A DNA stretch of 64,000 nucleotides from Thermoplasmata archaeon (GTDB lineage Archaea > Thermoplasmatota > Thermoplasmata > Lutacidiplasmatales > UBA184): positions 40,938 through 104,937 of the forward strand of contig JAKIWV010000003.1 in NCBI GenBank assembly GCA_022749815.1, read 5' to 3'. This document shows, piece by piece, positions 8,584 through 18,117 of the stretch. Made by a program: the position numbers and the translations under genes. Every line of letters begins with the position of its first letter. Within the stretch, counting starts at the first letter, position 1. Below the pieces are notes generated by a model, which saw only the letters and a list, made by a program, of their open reading frames with translations, had not been told where the DNA came from and ran no database searches.

Positions 8584-8603
8584 CGAACCTCGTAAGAGGT
8601 TCG
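8584..8603 (+). promoter_or_regulatory. 8-bp hairpin with GTAA loop, 13 nt upstream of the AbrB-PhoU regulator start
   Basis: CGAACCTC-GTAA-GAGGTTCG. A related CCTAC-gtaagtt-GTAGG hairpin lies at 8522-8538. Confidence 0.35.
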
Positions 8604-8616
8604 GGGGCACACCTCG

Positions 8617-9657
8617 ATGAGTTGGGGTCAGCCGGGCCGCGAACGCCGGGTGCTGAAGGCAGGTCATTCGTCGATCGCCGTAACGTTGCCCAAACCGTGG
8701 GCAGAGGCCATGCGCCTCCGGCCCGGTGACGTGGTCGTCTTCGACCAGAACGACGAAGGCACGCTCATCCTCAAGCCGGCGCCGCCGGAAAGCAGCCCGG
8801 TCCCGGCCGCGCCCTACCTGATCCAAGCCCGGAGCTTCGACGACCCGGGGCTCCTGAAGCGTCTCGTGGTCGGGGCGTACCGGTCCGGTCACGACGCCGT
8901 AGAGATCCGGACCGAGTCGGCCCTCAGCTCCGAGCGCGTCGAGGAGCTCCTCGACGCGGCCCGGGGCCTCCTCGGAGTCTCGATCGTCGCGCAGGAGCCG
9001 AACCGTGTGCTGCTCCAGAACTTCATCGACCCGTCGAAGTACGGCCTGCCGCAGTTGGTCCAGCGAATGAAAATGATCCTCGTCGCCTACATCGAAGAGG
9101 CCGAATCGGTCGTGACGAAGCGCCTTCCGAGCCACCGGCTCGCTTCGTTCACAGAGGAGGCCAGCAAGGTCTTCGCGTTGCTCGTCCGTCAACTCTTCCT
9201 GGCGAGCCGGGATTGGTCGCTCGCCCGCCGGATCGGGAGTCCCGACCCCCGGCAGCTGCTCGAGTGGCGCGTCGTGGTCCAGACCCTCGAAGAGATCGGC
9301 CGGCTGCTGGCCGATATCGCCGAGACGCTCAACCACCACGCCGAGGATGCGGCCGTCGCCTTCGAGGGGCTCCCCCAACTTCTGAGCGAGTTCAAGGTGG
9401 GCCTCAAGACCGTCGTGGACACGCTCATGCATCCGACCCTGACCGCCGCGTGCGACGCCTACGCCGAGAGCTACCGGATCCAGATGGCGGCTCGGGAACT
9501 GGGCCAGAAGGCCAAAGCCGCGGCGCGGAAGAACGGCCTGACCGCCGCGATCTGGGCCCTCGGCCTGAGCGCCAGTCGGCTCTCCTCTCTCGCAGAAGTG
9601 GCGCTGGACCGGGCCGTCGCGACGGGGAACGAGATGGTCCTGCTTCCGTCGGCCTGA
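8617..9657 (+). CDS. AbrB/SpoVT-domain + PhoU-like regulator
   Basis: N-terminal SSIAVTLPKPWAEAMRLRPGDVVV (AbrB-like swapped hairpin), followed by a long helical PhoU-like region. Confidence 0.65.
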   Translation: MSWGQPGRERRVLKAGHSSIAVTLPKPWAEAMRLRPGDVVVFDQNDEGTLILKPAPPESSPVPAAPYLIQARSFDDPGLLKRLVVGAYRSGHDAVEIRTESALSSERVEELLDAARGLLGVSIVAQEPNRVLLQNFIDPSKYGLPQLVQRMKMILVAYIEEAESVVTKRLPSHRLASFTEEASKVFALLVRQLFLASRDWSLARRIGSPDPRQLLEWRVVVQTLEEIGRLLADIAETLNHHAEDAAVAFEGLPQLLSEFKVGLKTVVDTLMHPTLTAACDAYAESYRIQMAARELGQKAKAAARKNGLTAAIWALGLSASRLSSLAEVALDRAVATGNEMVLLPSA

Positions 9658-9672
9658 GCCGGGGTCGACCGC

Positions 9673-9678
9673 TTTATA
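9673..9678 (+). promoter_or_regulatory. TATA-like box upstream of tatA
   Basis: TTTATA in an otherwise GC-rich spacer, about 95 nt before the ATG. Confidence 0.3.
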
Positions 9679-9770
9679 CGGCTCGAGTACGAACTAACCG
9701 GCCGGACCCGGTTTTCCCGTACGCATTCCATATCGAACGCCCCCCTGTCGTGCGGCCGGAGCTGACGGGG

Positions 9771-9977
9771 ATGCTGGATAGCCTCGATGACTGGCTGATC
9801 ATTGCCGTTGTCGTTGCGATCCTGTTCTACGGCTCGAGCAAGATCCCCCAGCTGGCCCACAGTCTCGGACGCGCCCTCGGCGAGTTCAAGAAGGGCCGGC
9901 AAGAGGTCGAGCGAGAGATCAAGCAGGACGCGGCGACCGCTTCGGTCAGTCCGTCGGCCGACCGCGCGGTCCACTGA
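9771..9977 (+). CDS. tatA: Sec-independent translocase TatA/E
   Basis: WLIIAVVVAILFYGSSKIPQLAHSLGRALGEFKKG. ATG inside ORF 9213..9977. Confidence 0.8.
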   Translation: MLDSLDDWLIIAVVVAILFYGSSKIPQLAHSLGRALGEFKKGRQEVEREIKQDAATASVSPSADRAVH

Positions 9978-10078
9978 CCGGGCGCTTCGAAGAGAAGAGG
10001 CCGGTGGGGGAAGCACGCGCCGGGTGGACGAACCGGACGAGACGGGGGAAGAGGAGACCGAGGAGGCACGGCTGATCG

Positions 10079-10903
10079 ATGGTCAACCTAGACCGGATCC
10101 TCTCCGTGGTGTCCGAGCTGCGCCGCCGCCTGCTCCGGATCTTGTACGTCCTCGCACCGATCTTCGGCTTCCTGGTCACGTTTCAGTTCCGATCTTTTCC
10201 GTTCTCCGTCGCTGGCCTCCGGCTGACGGGAGCCTACCCATTCCCCAACGTGTTCGACAACGTCACGGCGCAGGTCTTCCGAACCCTCACCGTCTGGATG
10301 CTCCCACCCCACGTGCAGCTCCTCAACGTCGGCGTGGGGGACTCCGTAGTGGTGCAGATGGAGATCGCCGCGCTCCTCACCCTCATTTTCGGAATGCCCT
10401 GGATCGTCCACGAGGTCGGCGCTTTCCTCGTGCCGGCGCTCCGAACGAAGGAACGGGAACTGTTCCGCCGGATCGGGATACCGGCGACCCTGTTGTTCGC
10501 CCTCGGCACCGGACTGGGGTTCGTCTACTGGACGCCCCTGACGTTCAATCTCCTGTTCCGGTACGTCTCGGCGATGGGCCTCGCCCCCGTGTTGGGCGTC
10601 CAGGACTTCATCGCCTTCGCGCTCCTGTACTCGTTCGCCTTCGGCGTGGTCTTCGAGCTTCCGGTCTTCATCTACGCGCTGACGCGCCTCGGCGTCGTGA
10701 AGTCCTCGTTCTGGCGAAAGCACTGGCGCGGCGCCATCCTCGGGTCTCTAATCTTCGGGATGGTCATCACGCCCGACAACTCCGGCATCACGATGCTCCT
10801 CATCGCGACGCCGATGATCGCGCTGTACTTCGGCGGCGCATGGTTCGCCGCCCGGTCGGAACACCAGGACGAAAGCGTCCGGCGCCGAGCCGTGGGAGCG
10901 TGA
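10079..10903 (+). CDS. tatC: Sec-independent translocase TatC
   Basis: About 6 TM helices. TatC-like length and motifs (LxELRRRLL N-terminus, FGxVFELP). Confidence 0.8.
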   Translation: MVNLDRILSVVSELRRRLLRILYVLAPIFGFLVTFQFRSFPFSVAGLRLTGAYPFPNVFDNVTAQVFRTLTVWMLPPHVQLLNVGVGDSVVVQMEIAALLTLIFGMPWIVHEVGAFLVPALRTKERELFRRIGIPATLLFALGTGLGFVYWTPLTFNLLFRYVSAMGLAPVLGVQDFIAFALLYSFAFGVVFELPVFIYALTRLGVVKSSFWRKHWRGAILGSLIFGMVITPDNSGITMLLIATPMIALYFGGAWFAARSEHQDESVRRRAVGA

Positions 10904-10911
10904 GGCACGGG

Positions 10912-11298
10912 ATGGCGCTCCTCTCGAACATCGACTGGATGATCATCCTCGCCGTGGGCGGGCTCCTTCTGTTTGGTCGGGGCAACCCGGAGCTTCTTCG
11001 GGCCCTCGGCCGGTGGTACGGCAGGGCGCTTCGGCTCAAGCAGGAGCTGCTTTCGGAGGTCACCCGCGCAGCGGACCTCCCCACGCCGTCACCGGACCGC
11101 CCGATCTCCATTCGGAGCGCGATGTTTGGTCTCGAGACGGCCGAGGCCGAGCGTACCCGGGTCCCGTTGGCTGTTGCGACCGCCGTGGCCGTGGCGCACA
11201 GCCCGGCCTCGGCGATGACCTGGGTCAACAGTGTGGGTCCGCAGCAATGGTCGGTCGCGTCGACCCGATTCCCCGAGTTCGATGGGGGGGTCCAGTAG
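10912..11298 (+). CDS. TatA/TatB-like second Tat component
   Basis: WMIILAVGGLLLFGRGNPELLRALGRWYGRALRLKQE. ATG inside ORF 9802..11298. Confidence 0.6.
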   Translation: MALLSNIDWMIILAVGGLLLFGRGNPELLRALGRWYGRALRLKQELLSEVTRAADLPTPSPDRPISIRSAMFGLETAEAERTRVPLAVATAVAVAHSPASAMTWVNSVGPQQWSVASTRFPEFDGGVQ

Positions 11299-11300
11299 AC

Positions 11301-11480
11301 ATGCTATCGATTGAGGATGAGATCACCCTCGTCGAGGTCCTCGTGATCCTGCTCGGGATCGCGGTCACGTGGGCCATCTACTACAACAGCGACGGCGCCG
11401 AGCTTCCCGGGGAGGCCGCGGAGCCGAACCCCAATGTGCCCGACGAGAAGTTCTCGACTCCCGGGAGGACGCTCGATTGA
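11301..11480 (+). CDS. Small single-TM membrane protein
   Basis: 59 codons with one hydrophobic helix. Packed between the tatA-like and Rieske genes. Confidence 0.4.
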   Translation: MLSIEDEITLVEVLVILLGIAVTWAIYYNSDGAELPGEAAEPNPNVPDEKFSTPGRTLD

Positions 11481-11509
11481 ACGGCGATTGCCCCGCCTCG
11501 TGTCCGTAC

Positions 11510-12322
11510 GTGAGCAGCCGAGTCGATCTTCTCGATTTCCCCCTCGGGCAGATCCACCGAATCAGCGGGGGGGTCGGCTCGAGTGAACCCTCGAGCGGGG
11601 GGGACGTCGACGAAACGAAACGGAACATCCTCAAGCTCCTCGCCGTGGCCGGTGTCGTCGGGGCCGCCGGTGGAGGGTTGGTGGGGGGAACTCTCCAATT
11701 CGCCCAGCCGCCGGTAATCGGGGCGAAGTCGTACCCAAAGGTACAACTGCTCGACGTGGACGGATCTCCGCTGACGGCGAAGAAGGTTGCCGCCGAGTAC
11801 AACGTCACCACAGCGGAGCTGTACCTCTTCAACTATCCTCTGACCAACGAGCCGAATTTTCTATTGAACCTCGCCCCCGCGACGGGAGGGGGACCGGGCG
11901 CGACCCGTGTCAACGGAGGCGTAGGGCCGGACGGCGCCATCGTCGCCTACAGCGCGATCTGTCAGCACCTGGGGTGCCCGGCCCCCGCGCTCTCGTACTA
12001 CCCTCCGGGGACGTGTCCCCAAACCTTCGGCGGGAAGAATTTCTACATTCACTGCACCTGCCACGGTTCGACCTATGACGTGGCCAACTCAGCGGCCAAC
12101 CTGACCGGGCCCGCGGTCTACCCGCTCCCGCAGGTCACGCTCCAGTGGAACGACCCTGCAAAGGGAGGCGACGACACGCTGTGGGCGATCGGCGAAAAGG
12201 GACCGCAGCCAGTCAACGGCCACTTCGACACGCTGGTCGGAGGCTACCAAGTCGGGAATACGGTAGCCCTGCAGAAGCAGTCGCCGATCACGCCGCCGGC
12301 CTGCGTCTTCCCGGGCGTGTAG
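11510..12322 (+). CDS. Rieske 2Fe-2S protein
   Basis: CQHLGC and CTCHGS boxes. N-terminal TKRNILKLLAVAG Tat-like signal/anchor. GTG start chosen; the start is uncertain. Confidence 0.8.
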   Translation: MSSRVDLLDFPLGQIHRISGGVGSSEPSSGGDVDETKRNILKLLAVAGVVGAAGGGLVGGTLQFAQPPVIGAKSYPKVQLLDVDGSPLTAKKVAAEYNVTTAELYLFNYPLTNEPNFLLNLAPATGGGPGATRVNGGVGPDGAIVAYSAICQHLGCPAPALSYYPPGTCPQTFGGKNFYIHCTCHGSTYDVANSAANLTGPAVYPLPQVTLQWNDPAKGGDDTLWAIGEKGPQPVNGHFDTLVGGYQVGNTVALQKQSPITPPACVFPGV

Positions 12323-12334
12323 CGGAGGGCCGGG

Positions 12335-13702
12335 ATGGGATTCGAGCACTGGTTCAACCGCACCCTGAATCGCGTGTGGGGATTCATCGAAGAGCGAGCG
12401 GGGATCCCGAATTGGGCGCTTCGACCGCAGCCCGCGTTCACGTTCAAGCCGTCGTACTGGACCGGCGCGTTCGTGGCGAACGCCTTCTTCATTCAGGTCG
12501 TAACCGGCTTACTTCTCCTGCTGTACTACGAGCCCAGCGTGGGGCCCACCCTCACCGCCTGTGGCCAGGCCGTCGGCGCTCTCTCCCAATCGCCGGCGGC
12601 CTGGTGCAGTACGTACTATCTGATCAACTCCGTCCCGATGGGAGGGCTCCTCCTCTCGTCCCACCTCTACGGCGCCTACGCGATGCTCTTCCTCGCGTTC
12701 GTCCACTTCTACCGGGGCTACTACCTCGGCGCCTACAAGAAGCCCCGCGAGTTCTCGTGGATGGCCGGAACGGTTCTCCTGCTCCTGACCCTGGGGATGG
12801 GCTTCACCGGCTACGTTCTGCCCTACACGCAGATCTCCCTCAACGCGACGAACGTCGGCATCGTGCTCGCCCTGCGTCTCCCGACGCTGGGAGCCCTGAC
12901 GGCGCCTTTCCTGCTCGGCGACGGGACTCCTCAAGGCTTGCTGTCCCGAATGTTCGCCCTCCATGTGCTCGTGATCCCCCTGGCGCTCGGCGCGCTGCTC
13001 TACGCGCACATTGCGCTGTTCGAGTCTCACGGCATCGCTCCGCCGGCGACCTCGGACCCGACCCAACGATCTCGATACGTCCGATCGGAGGAGAAGGAGC
13101 AGGTGCCGTTCTGGCCGCACATCTTCTTCTACATGACAAAATGGGCGCTCCTCTACCTCGGCCTCCTGTTCGGGATCGCAGCGCTCTGGCCGTGGCAACT
13201 CCCCACCTACGTCGGGAACCTCACCGCGATCCAGAGCGTGACCGAACCGGATTGGTACTTCCTGTGGCTGTTCAAGCTGGTCGACTTTTACGGGGTAACG
13301 CCGGTCATCGCGGTCGGCGCCACGACGCTGCTCATGGTCTACGTGCTGCTGCTGCCGTTCCTCGACCGTTCACCCCGGCGGCATCCCCGCGACCGACCGT
13401 TCGTGGTGATCATCGGCAATACGCTGCTCGGATTCTTCATCCTCCTCACCGTCTGGGGGGGTCTTACTCCAGGTGTTTTGATCTACCCTCTCGGCGTGGC
13501 GGAGCGGCTTGGGCCGATTCTTCTGGTCAACCTGATCGTCGTTCCGGCGTTCTACCTGCGTTACCGGAGGAGTTACCAACGTCGGCTCATCGACCGCGGG
13601 TCGGGATACCGGCTTCCCGGCGCGTACCCCATCCTCGGAGCCCCGCCGCGGGCCACGGCCGCCCCGGCGACCCGGACCTCGGAGGCGACGTCCGTTGACT
13701 GA
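12335..13702 (+). CDS. Cytochrome b (b6 + subunit IV-like, fused)
   Basis: Multi-TM protein with conserved His-bearing helices, directly downstream of the Rieske gene. Confidence 0.8.
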   Translation: MGFEHWFNRTLNRVWGFIEERAGIPNWALRPQPAFTFKPSYWTGAFVANAFFIQVVTGLLLLLYYEPSVGPTLTACGQAVGALSQSPAAWCSTYYLINSVPMGGLLLSSHLYGAYAMLFLAFVHFYRGYYLGAYKKPREFSWMAGTVLLLLTLGMGFTGYVLPYTQISLNATNVGIVLALRLPTLGALTAPFLLGDGTPQGLLSRMFALHVLVIPLALGALLYAHIALFESHGIAPPATSDPTQRSRYVRSEEKEQVPFWPHIFFYMTKWALLYLGLLFGIAALWPWQLPTYVGNLTAIQSVTEPDWYFLWLFKLVDFYGVTPVIAVGATTLLMVYVLLLPFLDRSPRRHPRDRPFVVIIGNTLLGFFILLTVWGGLTPGVLIYPLGVAERLGPILLVNLIVVPAFYLRYRRSYQRRLIDRGSGYRLPGAYPILGAPPRATAAPATRTSEATSVD

Positions 13703-13964
13703 ACCGACGGCCGCTCCGCCGTATCGAACGGGCGTCCTATGGACCGTTCTTCTCTTGCTGAGCCTCGGGGGTACCGTCGCGGCGACCTACGTCGTTTGGG
13801 GTCTTTCCGACCTCGTGACGTCCGGACGCTACCTCCTCGACGTTCCGGTCGCGATCGTCGGGGCCTTCTCCGCGGGGCTCTGCATCCTGCTGGTCACGGG
13901 GGTCCTCTATCGCGTTGACCGGCTGAGGGGCGTGCCCCACCGGGAGGTGGCGCTGTTTGAGTAG
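13695..13964 (+). CDS. Small membrane protein (2 TM), respiratory cluster
   Basis: Hydrophobic ORF whose start overlaps the cytochrome b stop. Confidence 0.45.
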   Translation: MTEPTAAPPYRTGVLWTVLLLLSLGGTVAATYVVWGLSDLVTSGRYLLDVPVAIVGAFSAGLCILLVTGVLYRVDRLRGVPHREVALFE

Positions 13965-14334
13965 CGTGGTTCTCCACGGGGACGTCACGGCCCAGCTGCA
14001 GGCCCGGGTGTTGAACCTCTACGCCGCGGTGATCATTCTGATGATCGGGATGATCGGACTGCTCACCGTCTACTCCATCCGTTTGGGTCCCCTCGTCGGC
14101 CCGGGCGTCGAGAGCTCGTTCGGGTACGCCGTCGCTCTCATGTTCCTCGCCTCCGCATTGATCGTTCACGTCATTGACCGGATGTACCGAGTCTGGCCGG
14201 CGGGCCGATCGGTAAGTACGGTGTTCCCGGGATTCTTCACCGACCGAGGACTTGCGAACGCGCTCCGGATCTTGATCTTCGTGGCGGCCGGGGCCGCGGT
14301 CGCCTACGTTCTCGCGCTGACGCTCACGAGTTGA
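13957..14334 (+). CDS. Small membrane protein (3-4 TM), respiratory cluster
   Basis: Hydrophobic ORF that overlaps the previous one by 8 nt. Confidence 0.45.
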   Translation: MSSVVLHGDVTAQLQARVLNLYAAVIILMIGMIGLLTVYSIRLGPLVGPGVESSFGYAVALMFLASALIVHVIDRMYRVWPAGRSVSTVFPGFFTDRGLANALRILIFVAAGAAVAYVLALTLTS

Positions 14335-14349
14335 GGAGGTCGAGAGTCG

Positions 14350-16032
14350 ATGACGGATCTCGTGGCCGCGGGGGTGGAAATCGGCCTCGTGGCGGCCTTC
14401 GCGGGATTCCTCCTGTGGGTCTTCGCTTACCACGGGGAATGGACGGTCCGGAAGATGCGACTCTGGATGTTCACGACCGACCACCGCCGCATCGGCCTCA
14501 TGTACATCATCACCGGATTCATCTTCTTCTTCATCGGCGGGGTCTACGCGACCCTGATCCGGACCGATCTGGGATTCGTCCAGGGGCTCGGTCTCGACCC
14601 CCAGACCACGCTCGGGATCACGCCGGACGTCTACTCGACGTTGTTCACGATGCACGGCATCCTGATGATATTCATGTTCGTCATGCCGGTCCTCGCCGGC
14701 TTCGGGAACCTCCTCGTCCCGTCAATGATCGGGGCGAAGGAGATGGGGCTCCCGCGCATCAACGCCATCGCGTTTTGGATGATTCCCCCGGCGGGGTTCC
14801 TGCTCCTCTCCTCGAACGCCTACGCCGGCTGGACGGGATACGTCCCCCTGTCGATCCAGACGTTCGCCCCGAATCCCCATGGCGTCGACTACTGGATCCT
14901 CGGTCTCCACATCCTGTCGGCCTCGTCGATGCTCGGTGCCATCAACTTCCTGGTCACGATCATCAAGCACCGGGCGCCCGGCGTCGAGTACTGGAACATG
15001 CCGCTCTTCGTCTGGGCGACGTTCATCAACGCGATCCTGATCCTCTTTGCGATCCCGTCGCTCTCCATCGCCCTCACTTTCGTTCTTTCCGACCGGAACT
15101 TCGGCACCAACATCCTGGCGGCAACCAACGGCACGCCGCTCGGAGGCGCGCTGCTCTACCAGAACATGTTCTGGTTCTTCGCACACCCGGAAGTGTACAT
15201 CCTCGTGCTGCCCGCCTTCGGGCTGGTTTCGACGATCATCCCCAAGCTCGCCCGCAAGGACATCTACGGCTACGCGGCGATGGCCGTCGCGCTCGGCGTC
15301 TTCGCGGTGCTTTCGTTCGCCGTCTGGGAGCACCACATGTTCACCACGGGGATCGACACGAACATCCGGTTCGTGTTCATGCTCTCGACCATGGCGATCG
15401 CCGTTCCGTCGGCGGTGAAGACGTTCAACTGGGTCGCGACGCTCTGGGGCGGCCACATCTGGATGGCCACGCCGATGTGGTTCTGCATCGCGTTTCTGAC
15501 CGGGTTCGTGATCGGCGGCCTGTCGGGCGTCTTCCTCGCCTCGATTCCCATCGACTATCTGTACCACGCGACCTACTTCGTGGTCGCCCATTTCCACTAC
15601 GTCATCCTCGGAGGAACGCTCATGGGCGTCTTCGCAGCGCTCTACTTCTACTACCCCGTGCTCACCAAGCGCTGGTACAACCAGTCGCTCGCCCACATCC
15701 ATTTCCTCCTCACCTACGTCGGCGTGAACTTGCTCCTGTTCCCGCAGTTCCTTCTCGGCGCGGAGGGGATGCCCCGACGGGTCTACACCTACCTTCCGAT
15801 CCCGTCGTTCCAGTTCCTGAACTTCCTCTCCTCGCTCGGCGCGGCGATCTTCGGCATCGCGCAGTTGTTCTTCGTGTTCAATTTCGTCTACAGCTACTTC
15901 ACCGGCGCACCGGCGAGCGCCGACCCATGGGGCGAACCACTCCCCTCGACCATGAGCGGCCCCGCCCGACCCCGGCCCGCTCCGGCTCCCGCCGGGCCGC
16001 TCCCCACGGCGACGACGGAGGGGGGCTCGTGA
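14350..16032 (+). CDS. coxA: Heme-copper oxidase subunit I
   Basis: [14 protein letters not shown] and HHMFT motifs. 12-TM-size protein. Confidence 0.9.
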   Translation: MTDLVAAGVEIGLVAAFAGFLLWVFAYHGEWTVRKMRLWMFTTDHRRIGLMYIITGFIFFFIGGVYATLIRTDLGFVQGLGLDPQTTLGITPDVYSTLFTMHGILMIFMFVMPVLAGFGNLLVPSMIGAKEMGLPRINAIAFWMIPPAGFLLLSSNAYAGWTGYVPLSIQTFAPNPHGVDYWILGLHILSASSMLGAINFLVTIIKHRAPGVEYWNMPLFVWATFINAILILFAIPSLSIALTFVLSDRNFGTNILAATNGTPLGGALLYQNMFWFFAHPEVYILVLPAFGLVSTIIPKLARKDIYGYAAMAVALGVFAVLSFAVWEHHMFTTGIDTNIRFVFMLSTMAIAVPSAVKTFNWVATLWGGHIWMATPMWFCIAFLTGFVIGGLSGVFLASIPIDYLYHATYFVVAHFHYVILGGTLMGVFAALYFYYPVLTKRWYNQSLAHIHFLLTYVGVNLLLFPQFLLGAEGMPRRVYTYLPIPSFQFLNFLSSLGAAIFGIAQLFFVFNFVYSYFTGAPASADPWGEPLPSTMSGPARPRPAPAPAGPLPTATTEGGS

Positions 16033-16628
16033 CGAATCCGCGGGGCCGCGACCTGTTTCGATGGAGCGCCCTCGCGGCGTTCCTCTCCTGCTACGCGACC
16101 ATTCTCCTCGGCGGCGAGGTCATCGCGAGCGACTCGGGGCTGGGGTGCCCCGACTGGCCGAGCTGTCACGGGACCTTCTTCCCGCCCCTCGTGGGCACCA
16201 CGGCGGTCGAGTGGTCGCACCGGCTCGGCGCGGCCACGCTGACCGGGTTCGTCACGCTCCTGTTCGTCGCCGCGCTCCTGTTCGAGCGCCGTCGCCCGGT
16301 CCTCGTGCGTCTCGCATCGATCGCTTTCAGCGCGGTCCTCGTCGAGGCGCTGCTCGGAGGCATCGTCGTCGAGAGCCAGCTCGCCATCTGGCTCGTGATC
16401 GTCCACTTCGCGGTCGCGACGGCTCTCCTCGGGTTCCTCGCGCTCATCGTGCTTCTGGGCAACCTGCCCCACCTGCCGGGACGGTGGCTCGACTGGGTCC
16501 GGGAAGCCTCCACCGACCGTCCGGATCCAGGACCTTCCCGGCCCGGACCCGCGGGGCCGATTCCCGGCCGGCCCACGCCCGGCGACGGGCCCTTTGGGCG
16601 TCCGGCCGGTCGCGGCCCGGGCCTCTAA
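16029..16628 (+). CDS. ctaA: Compact (4-TM) heme A synthase
   Basis: CPDWPSC pair, EWSHR and VIVHF histidines, four TM helices. GTGA overlap with the coxA stop. Lies inside long ORF 14331..16628. Confidence 0.7.
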   Translation: MTNPRGRDLFRWSALAAFLSCYATILLGGEVIASDSGLGCPDWPSCHGTFFPPLVGTTAVEWSHRLGAATLTGFVTLLFVAALLFERRRPVLVRLASIAFSAVLVEALLGGIVVESQLAIWLVIVHFAVATALLGFLALIVLLGNLPHLPGRWLDWVREASTDRPDPGPSRPGPAGPIPGRPTPGDGPFGRPAGRGPGL

Positions 16629-16687
16629 GGCTCGGACCGGGGATTCTTCCGGTCCCTGCTTAAGACCCCCGACCGGCTCCCCTTCGC

Positions 16688-17599
16688 ATGACGACTCCGC
16701 CGACCCCGCGGGCACCGGGGTGGCGAGACTACGTGGACCTGACGAAGCCGTACATCACCCTCCTCATCGTCGCGGTGGCCGTCGCCGGCTATTTCGTGGC
16801 GCTCCCCAATCGCATCGACCCGGCGCGGCTCCTCCTCCTCGTCGGCGCGGGAGCGGCGGCGTCCGCGGGGGCTGCCACGCTGAACCACTACTTCGACCGG
16901 GACCTCGACGCGCGGATGCGTCGGACCCGGAGCCGGCCGCTGCCCGCGGCCCGCATCACGCCCGAGAGCCGGGTTCTGGCCATGGGACTCCTCCTGTCGG
17001 TCGTCGGGATCGGCGGAGCGGCGCTCTTTCTCAATCGGCTCGCGGCGCTTTCGATCCTTCTCGGAACGGTCACGTACGTGGTGGTCTACACCGTCTGGCT
17101 CAAGCGCCGCACCGCGTGGAACATCGTCATCGGGGGATTCGCCGGCAGCGCTCCGGCGTTGGCCGGCAGCGCCGCCGCGGTGGGCCATTGGACGCCCGGG
17201 GCGCTGTCGCTGGCGTTGCTGGTGTTTCTCTGGACGCCGCCGCACTTCTGGAGCTTGGCGCTGATGCTCCGGGAAGACTACCGCGCCGTCGGGTTGCCCA
17301 TGCTGCCGAAGATGGACGACCCGGGCTATTCCGCCAAGGTGACCGTCGTGTCGTGCGCTCTCCTCGTCCCGGCGACGGTCGTGCTCGCCCTCGTGGGAAC
17401 GATCGCACTGCCCGCGATCCTCGCGCTGCTCGCCGTCAGTTTCGTCTTTTTGGCCGCGGAGCTGCCCCTCTGGCGAAGCGCGGAGCGGAAAGCCGCCCGC
17501 CTCGGGTTCATCGTTTCCGGCCCGTACCTGCTCGCAGTGATCGCCGTGCTCGTCGTCAACTGGGTCTTGGTCCGCGGTGTCCCCGGCGTCGGTGGGTAG
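16688..17599 (+). CDS. ctaB: Protoheme IX farnesyltransferase (heme O synthase)
   Basis: UbiA-family motifs NHYFDRDLDARMRRTRSRPL. 8-9 TM helices. Confidence 0.85.
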   Translation: MTTPPTPRAPGWRDYVDLTKPYITLLIVAVAVAGYFVALPNRIDPARLLLLVGAGAAASAGAATLNHYFDRDLDARMRRTRSRPLPAARITPESRVLAMGLLLSVVGIGGAALFLNRLAALSILLGTVTYVVVYTVWLKRRTAWNIVIGGFAGSAPALAGSAAAVGHWTPGALSLALLVFLWTPPHFWSLALMLREDYRAVGLPMLPKMDDPGYSAKVTVVSCALLVPATVVLALVGTIALPAILALLAVSFVFLAAELPLWRSAERKAARLGFIVSGPYLLAVIAVLVVNWVLVRGVPGVGG

Positions 17600-18023
17600 G
17601 GGCGCGTCGCGAGCGTCCGGGACGGCGGGGAGCGATCTCCGCGTCGACCTCCACTTCGACCATCATCCCGGGCTCGAGCAGCCGCGGGACCTCGACCATC
17701 GTCGCGACCGGCCGGATGGTCCGGAAGAGCTCCCCGTGGACCCGGGTGTATTCCTCCCACCGCGAGATGTCGGTCACGAAGAACCGCGTCCGCACGACAT
17801 CGGAGAGCCGCGCGCCGGCGGCGGCGAGGGCGCGTTCAATGATGGCGAACGCCTGGCGGGTCTGGGCCGCCGGATCGCCGGGGCCGACGAGCTTGCCGTC
17901 GGGGCCCATCGCGGTCGTGCCCGCCACGTAGACGCGTCGACCGACGCGCACGGCCCGAGAATACCCAACGATCGGCTCCCACCGCGCGCCGCTCGATATC
18001 CGCTGACGTTCCACCGACTCCAC
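17556..18023 (-). CDS. RidA/YjgF/L-PSP family protein
   Basis: YSRAVRVGRRVYVAGTTA...VEVEVDAEI. GTG start chosen inside ORF 17556..18473. Basic C-terminal tail overlaps the ctaB end. Confidence 0.65.
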   Translation of the reverse strand: MESVERQRISSGARWEPIVGYSRAVRVGRRVYVAGTTAMGPDGKLVGPGDPAAQTRQAFAIIERALAAAGARLSDVVRTRFFVTDISRWEEYTRVHGELFRTIRPVATMVEVPRLLEPGMMVEVEVDAEIAPRRPGRSRRAPTHRRRGHRGPRPS

Positions 18024-18117
18024 CGGAGGACCGAGAAGGCGTCCGGGGTATAGCCCCGCGGCGGCCGGCCCGGAGACGGCCGCCGACCTTAAGCGGCGGG
18101 TCGCTTCGGGGGGCGCG

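Noticed and set aside
14331-16028. The first 566 codons of the 765-aa ORF 14331-16628.
   Set aside because: They lie out of frame over coxA and are rich in Arg, Pro and His. Only the terminal 200 codons (ctaA) look real.
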